Below are positions 1-12,259 of a stretch of DNA of 64,000 bases, piece after piece (the first letter of the stretch is position 1; each line of letters begins with the position of its first letter). A model generated the notes under the pieces. That model saw nothing but the letters and a program-made list of their open reading frames with translations. It made no database searches and was not told where the DNA came from. Both the position numbers and the translations under genes were made by a program. The DNA is from Squalus acanthias. Its lineage: Eukaryota. The stretch is from positions 145,206,001-145,270,000 of the forward strand of contig CM059431.1 of NCBI GenBank assembly GCA_030390025.1, given 5' to 3'.

Positions 1-97
1 ATCAGGCTCCGGGTTTCAGTAACTGGAGCTGAATCAGTCAATGTGGGCGATAAACAAGTGACATTTCTGCTTCATCGGCCTGTTAACTTTTAGTGGT
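1..97 (+). pseudogene. 3' end of the Ig C1-set exon of an MHC alpha-like pseudogene (copy 0; the rest lies left of the window)
   Basis: Homologous to 3690-3785, 14910-15004 etc. Translates IRLRVSVTGAESVNVGDKQVTFLLHRPVNF*W, with the L-x-x-P-x-x-x-x-W end typical of MHC C1 domains. Confidence 0.6.
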
Positions 98-204
98 CGT
101 GATGTAATTTCACATTTTCTTTTAATCTTTATTTTAACAGTTTGGCAGCGGATTATATTTACTATGAGACTGGGAAACTCTGAACATTAATTTCATTTGC
201 CAAT

Positions 205-735
205 TTGCTCATTTTCCTTCCTGCTTCTCTGTGCTGCCGCTCCCAGTCTGTTTACAGCTCCCCTGCTGCGTGTCTGAAATCCTTGTCTTTCACCTGTCTG
301 CTTTCCCCACCGGTGCTGTGCCTGATCTTTAATGTTTGTTTTCCTCCCTCACCGGTACCATTTCTGTATTCCACTTTTTCCATTGCAATCAGCTCTATGT
401 CTGATTCTGTAGTAACTTCGCTTCCCCAGATGTTCCATCCCACCTGCTCCATACCTGAATGTCCCCCTGCATCTGTAACTCCCTCCTGCTCTACAGCCTT
501 CCTCCACCCCAACTTTCTCCCCAACTCTTTATTCCTCCCCACCTGCTGCAATCCTAATTTTACCCTTGCCCTTCCTTTCCTGCTGCTCCATGCCCGGTCA
601 TTCCAACATCCGTTCGCCCATCTGGTCGACATCTGACTCTCCCTCTCCTTTCCTTTCCACCTGTCCCATGTCTGATTACGTTCCCAGCTTGCTTCCCCAT
701 CCTGCTGAATGTCTGATTCTACATCCACCACAAAC
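205..735. repeat. Pyrimidine-rich degenerate low-complexity tract; homologues at ~15150-15450, 21520-21820, 28455-28760, 36420-36720
   Basis: CT-rich sequence with recurring (CA)TGTCTGATTCCCC-like motifs; follows the C1 exon in five of six array copies. Confidence 0.7.
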
Positions 736-747
736 AACGTGCAACAA

Positions 748-915
748 CTGAATATGTTGGGAGTAGTCAGCAGGTCAGGCCGCATCTGTGGAGAGAGATA
801 GATTTAATGTTTCAGGTCGATGACCTTTCGTCATAACCTGAAACGTTCTCGCTCCACAGATGCTGCCTGACCTGCTGAGTATTTCCAGCACGTTTTGTTT
901 TTATTTCAGATTTTC
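748..915. mobile_element. Penelope-derived terminal fragment in head-to-head inverted arrangement
   Basis: CAGCAGGTCAGGCCGCATCTGTGGAG ... CTCCACAGATGCTGCCTGACCTGCTG inverted arms; the same motif ends the Penelope fragment at 47560-47690 and occurs at 57845-57980. Confidence 0.6.
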
Positions 916-1099
916 AAAGTATGCTGCGTTAATATTTAAAAGCTAGTTGAAGTCCTGCATAGTCCAAAGCCCATCCTATATTCTCTGCATCGAATGTAGT
1001 TACAGACCCGAGAAATGGTCCTACAATAATGAACCATCATTAACCAGCTGGATAATATTCCTCTTCAATAGTCTTTTTTTGTGTGAACACACATCTCCA

Positions 1100-2310
1100 T
1101 GTTAAAAGATCCCCTTGTGGCAATTAATCTATTTTATAGTTTCACTCGGTTAGGGCCTCATTCTAAATTTAAACCTTGTCACCTCGTTCTTAATTTTCCG
1201 ATCAGAGGAAATAGTTTATCTCTGTCTACCCTATCAAAACATAATATTTTAAACATCTCGGTCAGGTCGCCCTCAATCTTCTATACTCAAGCTCATACAA
1301 GCCAAGCTTTTGTACCCGGTCAATCGGAGTGCATACAATTGATCCCCACTCTTTCTCCTAACTCCTTAATAATTTCTAAACCAAGTTAAAAGGCTGCCTC
1401 CATTTCAATGCGCTCTCATTTATGCCAATTATCTTTTGTGTGGAACCCTATCGAATGCCTTCTGCAAGTCCAGATCGATAACATCGATAGGCACTCATTT
1501 GTCTATCTTATAAGTGATCGCAAAATATTCCACTAGTTTAGTCAGACATGAATGACCTTTAATAAAACCATGCTCGCTCTCTGATCAGCTCATTTTGCTC
1601 AAATGTTCAGTCACTCGATCCTTAATGACCGATTCTAGTAGCTTCCCGTCTACCGACGTTAAACTGACATGCATCTAGTTCCCTAAATTCCTATCTCACC
1701 CATCTTAAAAAGTGGAGTGACGATAGCAATTTAAATTCTAACAGCACAATTACCGAATCAAGAAATCTTTGAAGGATTCTAACTGACGCTTCTGCAATTT
1801 GCACCCTACTTCTTTCAATAACCTTGGGTGGAAATCATCAGGTGGGAGAGATTTATCGTTCCAAACTTCCAATATTTTCTCCATCAACATTTTACTATTA
1901 TGAACACAGCAAATTCCTCTCCTTGATTTATTTCTATTTTTCCTTCTCCCACTGGCATTTCGTCCTTTTCATCTACTGTGAAAGCTGACACAAAGTATTC
2001 ATTAAATAAATCTGCTGTTACCTTGTTAGATATTACCGTATTACTGTGTCTGTCTTTAATGGGCCACATCTCCCACAGCCACTCTCTTAATCTTAATATA
2101 TTTATATGAATTTGTACTATTAGCTTTTATATTACTTGCATGGTATTTCGTATTCCCTTTTCGCTGCTTTTAATATTTTCTTAGTGTACTTTATTGTTTT
2201 CTGTGTTTCCCCAGTCCTCAGGATTACCGCTTTTCTTGACACTAGTGTGAGTCACTTCCTTTAGGTTTATACTGATCTTACCGCAGACCATGGTTGTTTG
2301 ACTGTACAAG
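1100..2310 (-). mobile_element. Old decayed CR1 LINE ORF2 fragments
   Basis: Minus-strand FNEYFVSAFT motif (ORF 1884-2069) and RT motif remnants (HGF..GHSCLTK, LDLQKAFDRVPHKR). Confidence 0.75.
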
Positions 2311-2329
2311 GGAAATTTTACCTACTTAG

Positions 2330-2575
2330 GGATATGATTTGGATGACCAACAATGTCCTATCCACAAAATTATGGGCAGACGGGTTCCGGCCAATTACCG
2401 CCCTAGCAGCCACCCCGCAATGATTAGCAAATTGATGGATGGACTCATCAATGGCAGGACCGTAACTCACCTCAACAACAAGGCAGCATTTGCCTCGGTT
2501 TGGCCCCAATGAATCCAAGCATCCTAAGGTCAATGTGGGTCAAAGAGGAAACCTTCCGTGGCTGCATATATTGGA
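2330..2575 (+). mobile_element. Highly decayed fragment of an L2/Crack-type LINE RT
   Basis: Translates CPIHK..PANYRP..ISKLMDGLIN..KAAFASVW; related to the element at 47020-51895. Confidence 0.55.
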
Positions 2576-2867
2576 TTTCAGTGATGGTTCGGGGCTGTGA
2601 TTTATTTTGAAATGTCTCGATCTCGAACTGTTTATTCAAACGCGTGTTATAAACTATAAATCTATTTCAATATTTCCAACAGCAGATTGTTAATGTGTGA
2701 GGTTACATTTGGAAGTTTTATTCTGTTAAATGTCTCTGCTGCAATTTTAAAAAATGAAACAATGATTTCTTACCTGATCCAATGTTGATACCTTAACTTT
2801 TCACTCTGATTGAACTACTCCACCAGTAAATGGCACTGGGTCAGTTCTGCTACAATAAAACACTATA

Positions 2868-3790
2868 ATGGTGCTCAGTATATTCCGGGTCCTTACCTTG
2901 TGCTGCGGTCCCTTCTTCTGGTTCCAGAGAGTCTGGGTAAGTCAGCATTGTGGGTTATACAGTTTAATGAACACACCCTGTGTAAAGATCAGTTACACAT
3001 CACAGTCATAAACCCGACCTTCAGCCTAATCAGTACAACCCCTCCCCGCCCTGTTCTCTGGTGCAGGGCTCGATCTGAATCACACACGATATCATTCTGT
3101 TTGAATTGTTCTGATGATTTACTGATCTTTTACCCAAAGTAATTAATCATTTGTTTAGTAAAAATGATTTAATTTCCCCCATGTCTTCCATCTGCGGTTC
3201 AGAAGACAACGCAGGCAAACCGCGTTTTGTATCCCGATTCATATCCGCGACCTCAATTCGATTATATTGCTAACCATGAAACCTGTTTTTTATCGTACTG
3301 TGAAAGGGCACAGATAGCGAGGGACAAAGATCGCTGTTAGTTTATTGGGATCAAACACCAGAGGGAAGAGCACAGTGAGCTCTTTGTGTTAACACAACAC
3401 TTTTCTGGAATTATCTACCTTTCGATCTTTATCTGTTTCTTTGTCCCGATTCTAACTCTGCGGGAATGAACTACATTCGGATCGCAGCTCTATTGATCTC
3501 GGTATTTTATAATATTAATCTGATCTGCATAAGCTAGATTTCCCAAATTCCCGTCAAATGTCTGGTTACCGGCTATTTTCCAATGATGGTCATTTATTAA
3601 CCGCAGAGCAATGACTATAAAATCAGGAGATATTCTCCAGTTAATCAGTAACAGTCTGTGCCTTGATCAGGATGTTCACACCCATGATTATCAGGCTCCG
3701 GCTTTCACTTACTGAAACTGAATCAGTAAATGTGTGCGGTAAACAAGTGAACGTTCAGATTCGTTGGCCGGTTCACCTTCATATACTGTG
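2868..3790 (+). pseudogene. MHC class II-architecture alpha-chain-like pseudogene, copy A (leader 2868-2936; alpha1-like exon 3067-3335; C1 exon ~3500-3785)
   Basis: ATG plus hydrophobic leader ending at |GTAAGT; branch point, pyrimidine tract and CAG acceptor at 3066; 269-nt exon (ARSESHTISFCLNCSDD...CLPSA...DYIANHETCFLSYCER) ending at phase-1 GTTAGT; C1 motif VKCLVTGYFP at ~3552-3582 with a second Cys ~59 codons later. In-frame stops and frameshifts present. Confidence 0.7.
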
Positions 3791-3994
3791 CTGAAATGTT
3801 TCCTGTTCTTTTCATCTTTCTGTTAAATGTTTGATACCGGATTCCATTCATTGTGGGCCTGGCAAACTCTGAAAATTAAATTAATTGGCTTCTCGGTGCG
3901 TGTTAGCTTAACTGTTGAGAACAGCCTGCGTCTATCTACCCTCTCCCATCCGCCCATAATTTTAAACCTATCAATCGTATCGCTCCATAATATG

Positions 3995-6910
3995 TGTTCA
4001 TAGAATCATCGAACTTTACAGCACAGAAGGAGGCCATTTCGTCAAATCGTGTCCGGGTCGGCCGACAAAGAGCTATCCAGCCTTATCACACTTTCTAGCA
4101 CTTGGTCCGTAGCCTTGTAGTTTACAGCACTTCAAGTGCACATCCAAGCACTTTTTAAATGTGGTTAGGGTTCCTGCCTCTGCCACCCTTTCAGGCAGTG
4201 AGTTCCAAACCCCCACAACCCTCTGGGTGAAGATATTTCTCCTCAAGTTCCCTCTAAACCTCCTACCAATACTTTAAATCTATACCCCCTGGTGGTAGAC
4301 CCCTCTGCTAAGGGAAATAGGTCCTTCCTATCCACTCTATCTAGGCCCCTCATAATTTTATACACCTAACTAAGGTCTCCCCACAGCCAACCTCTATTCC
4401 AAGGAAAACAAAGCCATGCCTATCCATTTTTTCCTCGTAGCTAAAATTCTCCAGTCCAGGCAACATCCTCATAAATCTCCTCTGAGCACTCTCTAGTGCA
4501 ATCACATCTTTCCTGTAATGTGATGACCAGAACTGCACGCGGTAGTCTAGCTGTGGCCTAACTAGAGTGTTTTATACAGTTGAAGAATAACCTCCCTGCT
4601 CTTGTATTCTATGCCTCGACTAATAAAGACAAATATTCCGTATACCTTCTTAACCACCTTATCTGCTTGGCGTGCTATCTTCAGGTATCTGTTGATCTGC
4701 GCTTCAAGAACCCTTTGTTCCTCTACACTTCTCAGTGTCCTACCATTTAATGTGTATTCCCTTGTCTTGTTCGCCCTCCCCAAATGCATTACCTCACACT
4801 TCTCCGGACTGAATTCCATTTGCCACTGTTCTGCCCACCTGATCAGTTGATTGATATCTTCCTGCAGTCTACAGCTTTCTTCTTCATTATCAACCACACA
4901 GCCGATTTTAGTATCATCTGCAGACTTTTTAATCATACCCCCTATATTCAACTCTAAATCATTAATATATACCACAAAAAGTAAGGGACCTAGTACTGAG
5001 CCCTGCGGAACCCCACTGCAAACAGCCTTCCAGTAAAACACAAACGCCCATCAACAATTACCCTTTGCTTCCTGCTCTAAGCCAATTTTGGATCCAACTT
5101 GCCACTTTGCCCATGGATAACATGGGCATTTACTTTCGTGACCAGTCTGCTATTTGCGACCTTATCAATAGCCTTGCTAAAATCCATATACATTACAACA
5201 CCCTCTTCGACCCTCCTTGTTACCTCCTCAAAAAATTCAATCAAGTTAGTCAGACACGACCTTCCCTCAACAAATCCATGCTGAATGTCCTTGATTAATC
5301 CGTGTCTTTCTAAATGAAGATTTATCCTCTCCCTCAGAACGTTTTCCAATAATTTTCCCACCATCGAGGTTAGGCTGGCTGGCCTGTTTTTACTGGGTCT
5401 ATTTCTTTCACCCTTTTTAAACAAGGGTACCACATTACCAGTCCTCCAGTCCTCTGGCACCACACCTGTAGCCAGAGAGGATTGAAAAATGATGGTCAGA
5501 GCCTCTGCTATTTCCTCTTTTGCTTCTCATAACAGCCTGGGACATATTTCATCGGGGCCTGGGGATGTATTCATTTTCAAAGCTGCTAAGTACCTTAATA
5601 TTTCTTCTCTCACTATGTTTGTTTTATCTAATATTTCACTCTGCTGCCTGATTGCTATGTCTGCATCGCCCCTCTCTTTTGTGAAAACAGACGCAAAATA
5701 TTCATTAAGAACCATACGCACGTCTTCCACCTCCACACACAGATTACCTTTATGGTCTCTAATAGGCCCTAATCTTTAGTTAGTTATCCTCTTGCTGTTA
5801 ATGTATTTATAAAACATCTTTGGGTTTTCCTTGATTTTACTTCCCAAACTTTTTTCATGCTCTGTCTTTGCTTTCCTAATTTCCTTTTTAATTGCACCCC
5901 TGCACTTTCTATACTCCTCTAGATTTTCTGCAGTATTGAGCCCTCGATATCTGTCATGGGCCTCCCTTTTTTTCTTTATCCTACCCTGTATGTCCCTTGA
6001 CATCCACGGGGCTCTTGATTTGTTAGTCACAACCATTTTCTTTAAGGGAACATACTTGCTCTGAACTCGCAGGATCTCCTCCTTGAATGCCTCCTACTGC
6101 TCTGACACTGATTTACCTTCAAGTAGCTGTTTCCAGTCCACTATGTCTAAATCCCATCTCAGCTGAGCAAAATTGGCTGTTCCCCAATTGAAAACTTGTA
6201 TTCCTGATCTATCTTTGTCCCTTTCTATAACTATCCCAAATATAACTGAATTATGATCACTAGCACCAAAATACTTTTCCACTGATACCCTTTCTACCTG
6301 CTCAGCTTCATTCCCTAAAACTAAGTCCAGAAACGCCCCCTCCCTTGTAGGATTTGGTACATCCTGGCTAAAAAGGTTCTCCTGAATGCCTTTTAAGAAT
6401 TCTGCACCCTCTATACTATTCATACAAATTTTATCCCAGTTTATATTAGTGTAGTTGAAATCCCCTGCTATTGCTGCCCTATAGTTCTTGCACTTCTCAG
6501 AAATATGCCTACATATTTGCTCTTCTATATCCCTCTGACTGTTTGGGGTCTATAGTACACTCCCAGAAGTGTGATCGCTCCTTTTTTGTTCTTCAATTCA
6601 ACCCATATGGCCTCATTTGATGATCCTTCGAACATATCATCCCTCCTCACAGCTGTAATTGTTTCTTTAATCAATACTGCTACCCCCACCTTTTTTACCC
6701 ACTCTCTATCCCGTGTGAAAACACTGTAACTAGGAATGTTGAGCTTCCATACTTGCCCTTCTTTCAGCCATATCTCAGTAATGGCTATAATATCATACAC
6801 CCAATATATCTGTATATCTGTATATCTGTGCTTTCGGCTCATCTGCCTTATTCCCTAGACTCCTTGCATTCCAATATTTCCCATTTCGCACTGCCAAACT
6901 CATTTGTTGA
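3995..6910 (-). mobile_element. CR1 LINE with near-complete ORF2 (APE endonuclease + RT), frameshifted
   Basis: ORFs 6525-6842 and 6094-6423 (APE: YDIIAITEIWL, GVYYRP, SDHN); 5077-5463 and 4562-5041 (RT: GVPQGSVLGP, ADDTK); CR1 3' tail at ~3995-4100. Confidence 0.92.
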
Positions 6911-8044
6911 CTATTTTCTAGCCCTTGCTTCCTCTGTCTTCCAAATTCACCTTCTACTTTTCTGCTTTCTAATTTCAGCTTCGCTTCTCTCCCTTCTGAA
7001 ACTATTATCGGATTCCCATTCCTCCTGCCAAGCCAATTTAACCCCTCCCCCCACCCCAACAGCACTAGCAACCACCACCCCGCTCCCACCACCCCGCCCC
7101 CCACCCCGCCCCGCGTTCTAATGAAAAACAACGGCCTGATTCCAAGTATTTGTTTCTACTTGGTTTTCAGCTACCAGGCAGCTTCCTGGTGAATCTGTTT
7201 TTTACAGTCTCTGGAGTCTCAATATCCTCCCTGAAGCATGTAGCGCGATACTGCACGGAGTACTCTAATGCTACAGGCATATCTGGTGTCCTTCATTGGA
7301 AAATGAATAAATAAAAGAGGGTTCCGTGTTACGGAGGTCACAAAGCAAAATATAATTTTTAACGAGTTGCTTCCTTATCGGCGGCACTCTTTCTTTTGAA
7401 TACGTGAGGGGAGTGCGGCAAACTCACTCAATTCTTTATAGAAGGATTGATTCTCCGGCTATCTGAATGTTATTTAATATTGGTGTCACTAGTCTTAAGC
7501 CCTCGAACGTATATGTGGACACGGTGTCAAGATGTAATTAGAGTGGGAGGAGGTTCCCGTGGAGTATAAACACAACATAGACCACTTGGGCCAAATGGAC
7601 TGTTTCTGTGCTGCAGTTTCTATGTAACTCTAATCTGCCCCGAATAAAGTAACAAACTACAACGTCCATGACTGTGACCATAGTGTGTAACTCTTCCTTG
7701 TCCATGATTCTGCTTCCCACAGCATTCGATATGGTCTCATCTGGCAATTTTTTCCATGTCATGGCCTCCATTGTCCATCCCATTAAACTGCTCCACCTAT
7801 GCTTCCTGTCCTAGCTCCCCGACCGCAGATAGCAAATCTCCAGCAAAGGGTTAACTTTCGGCCTTCTATCCCTCTCGTAGGCCAATATTGAACCTATGAT
7901 GCTGCTTCTGGTGCCTAGTAACCGATTACTGTAGCACCAGAGGCAGATGTGATACGTTCAGTGTCCCTTTGCAATTGGCGGTGGATTCAAACCTCTCTGC
8001 TGAGATCGCCTCATCATGCACCTCCATTGACTAGGCGAGGCTAC

Positions 8045-8660
8045 ATCATAGAGTCGTAGCATGATACAGCACAGAAGTAGGTCATTCCGCCCGTAGTGCA
8101 GGTGCTGACTCCATGGAAGAGCTATCCAGTTATTACGAATCTCCCTCTCTTTCCCCATATTCCTGTACATGTTTTGCCTTCAAGTATTTATCCAATTCTC
8201 TTTTCAATGTTGCAAGAGAACCTGCTTCCACCACCCTTTCCGGCAATGCATTCCAAATCACACCAACTCGCTGTGGAACAGAATGTTTCCTCATGTCGCC
8301 TATGATTCCTTTGCTACTAACTTTAAATCTGCGTCGTCTGTGTATCGATCTTTCTGCCACAGGAAACTGTTTCTTCTTATTTACTCATCAAAACCATTCA
8401 TGATTTTGAAAACCTCTATTAAATCTCCTGTTAACCTTCTCTGCTCTAAAGACAACAAAACAGCTTCGCCAGTCTCTCCCAATAACTGAAGTCCCTCATC
8501 CTTGGTACAACTCTTTCAAATCTCTTCTGCACCGTCTCCAAGGCCTTGATATCCTTCCTAAAGTGTGGTGCCCAGAATTGAAAACAATACTCCAGCTGAG
8601 GACTAACCAGTATTTTATAACGGTTTAACATAACTTCCTTACTTATATTCTCTATTCCTC
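8045..8660 (-). mobile_element. 5'-truncated CR1 LINE 3' end
   Basis: LEYCFQFWAPHFRKD and RVGVIWNALPERVVEA motifs plus 3' tail. Confidence 0.85.
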
Positions 8661-10233
8661 TAGTAATAAAGACAAAGGCATCGCTTATGGTGTTAGCACT
8701 TGGCTAATGAGCACGGGAGGAGGTGAGGACATTTATCGCTGTTCAACTAATGTTAAAATAACGTGCAATGTTATCAGTTGTGTAACTTTAAACAGTGAGG
8801 TGACGCATAACATTTTTGTTTGGAATATCTTTAGGGGTCTCACAATCTCTGAAAAGTCTCAAATACATAATTGGTTTAATATTACTGCTGCTTTACAATC
8901 AGTAATGTCTCCAAAGTATTTGAAGTTATACTCCAGCATTAAATTATAACCAAGTTTGAAACCTTGTGAAATTCAGTGTCCTGCTGTTTCATACACGCAG
9001 GCACTGGTATAATAAACACATAACAGCAACAACAGCACAGTAGGGAATCAAGCTGAATATAGAAAGTACAGAGGAGAAATGAAAAAGGAATTAAGAGGGG
9101 CAAGGGAAATGTATGAGAAAAGATTATTGGTAACATAATAGGGAACATTAAAATCTTTCTTATATATATAAAACCTAAAAGGTGCAATGATTAAGCACCG
9201 AAAGGGCAATTTCCAAGTGGGCATGGCTGAGGTACCAAGTGAGTATTTTGCATCTGTCTTCATTAAAAAACATGATGCTGCCAATGTTACAGCAAAGGAG
9301 AAGATGGTAGAGAAATTGGACAGGATATAAATAGACCAAGCGGATGTCCTAAAACAGTTGACAGCGCTCAAAGTGAAAAAGTCACGCGGTCTAGATGTGT
9401 TGCATTCTGGGTTGCTGAGAGAAGTAAGGCTCTGACCACAATCTTTGAAGGCTTTTTGAATAAGTGAATGGTGCTAGAGGACTGGGGAATTGCAAATGTT
9501 AAACCCATCTTCAAAAATGGGGAGTGTGATAAACCAAGTAGGAACAGGCCACTCAGACAATAGCCAGATAATTGTCATGTGGGCGAGCATTGGTTAATCA
9601 ACGACAGCCAAAACGTATTTGTTAAAGGCAAATCGAGTCTGACTAGTTCAAGGTTGTACAGTTGATGTTGTGTATATGGAATTTCAGAAGGCGATTGATA
9701 AAGTAATATCATTATAATAGACTTATTGGAAAAATTGAAGGAAATGATAGTAAAGGTGCAATGTTAGCGTGGATACCAAATTAGTGAAGGGACAGAAAGC
9801 TAAATGTTGGGGCAAACCAATGTTTTTCAGGATGGAGAGAAGTATACAGTGATATCCCAAGGGGCCGGTTTTACGAGCATTGCACTTTTTGATATATATT
9901 ATACAGGGCATAATTTCAAAGTTTGCAGATGACACAAAACGCAGAAAAGTCATAAACCCTGAGGAGGATAGCAGAAGACTTCAGGAGGACACAGACAGTC
10001 TGGTGGAATGGGCAGAAACATGGCAGGTGAAATTTAATGCAGAGAAGTGTGAAATGATGCATTTTGGAAGAAAGAATGGGGAGATTCAATATAAAACAAA
10101 TAGTACAAGAGTAGAGGGGGGTGCAAGAACAGACAAACATGGGGGTATGCATACAGAAAGCTTTGAAGGTGGCAGGACAAATTCATAAGGCTTTTACAAA
10201 AGTATACGGGATCACTGGCTTTATAAATAGAGA

Positions 10234-10925
10234 GGTCGCACAACACCAGGTTATAGTCCAACAGTTTTATTTGAAATCACAAGCTTTCGGAGCTATCGAT
10301 TTGCTCCTTCCTCAGGTGAAGTAAATTAGATACAGAATCGCCAAAGCATATATAGATAGAAAACAAAGCATGTGTACTTTACAATTGCAGACCAATAAAT
10401 TAAATCATCCTGACTATCTGCCGAGGTCTGATAAAGTTAATTAAGTCAGCCAGGAAGGTACCACATCAAAGACATAGCAAGATACAACTGAGACAATGAG
10501 GTGTAGTCGCAGGGCTTCTAACGTGTCAAAAGCTGCCGTCTGTATGTAAAACGAAAAGCTTTAACATTTTTTTACTTTTTTACTGGGAAAATTTTTACTT
10601 TTTTACTGGGAATCACATCTGTGAACAAGCTAACGACGACTCGAGTCCTGATCACGTCATGTATCGTGACATAAACCCAAGATCCCGATTGAGACCGTCT
10701 TCATCAGTGCGGAACTTGGCTATCAGTTTCTGCTCGATGATTTTGCGTTGTCGTGTGTTTCTAAGGTTGCCTTGGAGAACGCTTACCCGCAGATCCGAGG
10801 CTGAATGTCCTTGACTGCTGAAGTGTTCCCCGACTGGGAGGTAACAATCCTGCCTGGCGATTGTTGCGCGGTGCTAGTTCATACGTTGTCTCAGTGTCTG
10901 CATGGTCTCGCCGATATACCATGCC
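10234..10925 (-). mobile_element. Penelope-like element fragment (GIY-YIG C-terminus) with a 16-bp TSD
   Basis: Minus strand LPVGEHFSSQGHSASDLRVSVLQG..RKIIEQKLIAKF..GLNRD; GCTTTATAAATAGAGA duplicated at 10218-10233 and 10926-10941; absent from units 2 and 3. Confidence 0.85.
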
Positions 10926-12259
10926 GCTTTATAAATAGAGACATAGTAATAAATGAATGTAGGAACAGTGGGCTATTCAATTGCTCGAGCCTGTTCCGCC
11001 ATTCAGTTCCGTCATGTCTGATCTTTATCTTAACATAATTTACTTGCCTTGGTTCCATAACAGTAAATACCCTGGTCAAACAAAAATCTATCAAACTCAG
11101 TGTTGAAATTTCCAATTGAACCCAACATAAACAGTTGTTGAGTGTGAGTGTTCTACATTTCCACTACCCTTTGTGTGAAAACAATGCTTTCTAACTTCAT
11201 ACCTGAACGGCCTAGCTCTGCTTTTAAGGTTATGCTCCTTGTCATGGACTCCTCCACCAGAAGAAACAGTTTATGTCTTCCTTAGATCATCGAAAACTCT
11301 TCAATTCTATCTTAATATTTTATATTCAGGGGAATATAAGCTTCGTCAATGCAATCAGACCCCACTAACGTCTAGTGATTTCTGTATTTGGACCCCTAAT
11401 TGTCTCTGCTAATTCGCGGTTCCTAGCTTCTCACTATTTAGAAAATACACTGATCTCTCTTTTTCAAGTCCAATGTGAATTACCTCACACTTTCCCGCAT
11501 TGAACTCCAACTGCCATAGTTATGCCCATAGATTACACACGCAACAAAATTATTAACCATTATCAAACAATGATTAGGCCTCACCTGGAGTGTTGTGTCC
11601 AATTCTGGGCACCATGCTTTAGGAAGGCTTTAAAGGCCTTGGCGATGATGCAGAGGAAATTTACTAGAATGGTATCAGTGATAAGGGACTTCAGCTAAAT
11701 GGAGACACAGAGAAGCTGGAATTGTCCTCCTTAGAACAGAAAAAGTTAAGAGTTTAAGATTTAATAGAGCAGTTAAAAATAATGAAGGTGTTTTGATAGA
11801 GTAAATAAGGAGCAACTTTATACACTGACAGAAGGGTCGGTCAACAGAGGACACAGGTTTAATGTAATTGACAAAACAGCCAGAGGTGAGATGAGCAGAT
11901 TGTTTTTAGGAATTGCGTTATTATCTCTGGAATGCAATGTCTGAAAGAATGTTGGGAGCAGAGCCAATAGTACATTTTGAAACTGAATTAGTTAAATACA
12001 CGGAGGGAAGAATATTAGCAGCGGCCTGTGGACAGAGCAGGAGAGTGGGAAAATTGGATTGCTCTTTCAAAGAGTCGGTAAGGCATGTTGTGCTGAATGG
12101 CCTCATTCTGTGCTGTGTGGTTCCAAGTTTCTATGGTATCGACCACTAACTCTTTGTTCCTAAGCGTGTAATAAACGATAAATGTACTTCAATGCTATTT
12201 ACAGAAGCAGACGTTTAGTGTGTGAAATTGAATTTGGAAGTTTTATTTGTTAATAGCAA

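Noticed and set aside
252..785. 177-aa Gly/Glu/Arg-rich minus-strand ORF
   Set aside because: Starts in a Penelope fragment, runs through low-complexity DNA, and its frame is not conserved in paralogous tracts.
2770..3060. Minus-strand promoter (GC box) with non-coding first exons
   Set aside because: The GGGCGGGG is better explained as the plus-strand polypyrimidine tract. The minus-strand donor at 2891-2896 is not conserved in B-D, whereas the plus-strand exon model explains the whole module.
3371..3410. CACAGTG heptamer (also 14581, ~20957) downstream of a Tyr-Cys codon pair, suggesting a V segment with an RSS
   Set aside because: No ACAAAAACC-like nonamer at 12 or 23 nt. It lies ~70 nt after the YC, inside the predicted intron 2; the exon lacks the V-domain WYxQ motif; the heptamer is deleted in copy D.
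3067..3790. Single-exon class I alpha1-alpha3 gene
   Set aside because: Only ~163 codons separate the acceptor from the C1 Cys, too few for two distal domains, and a conserved phase-1 donor sits at 269 nt.
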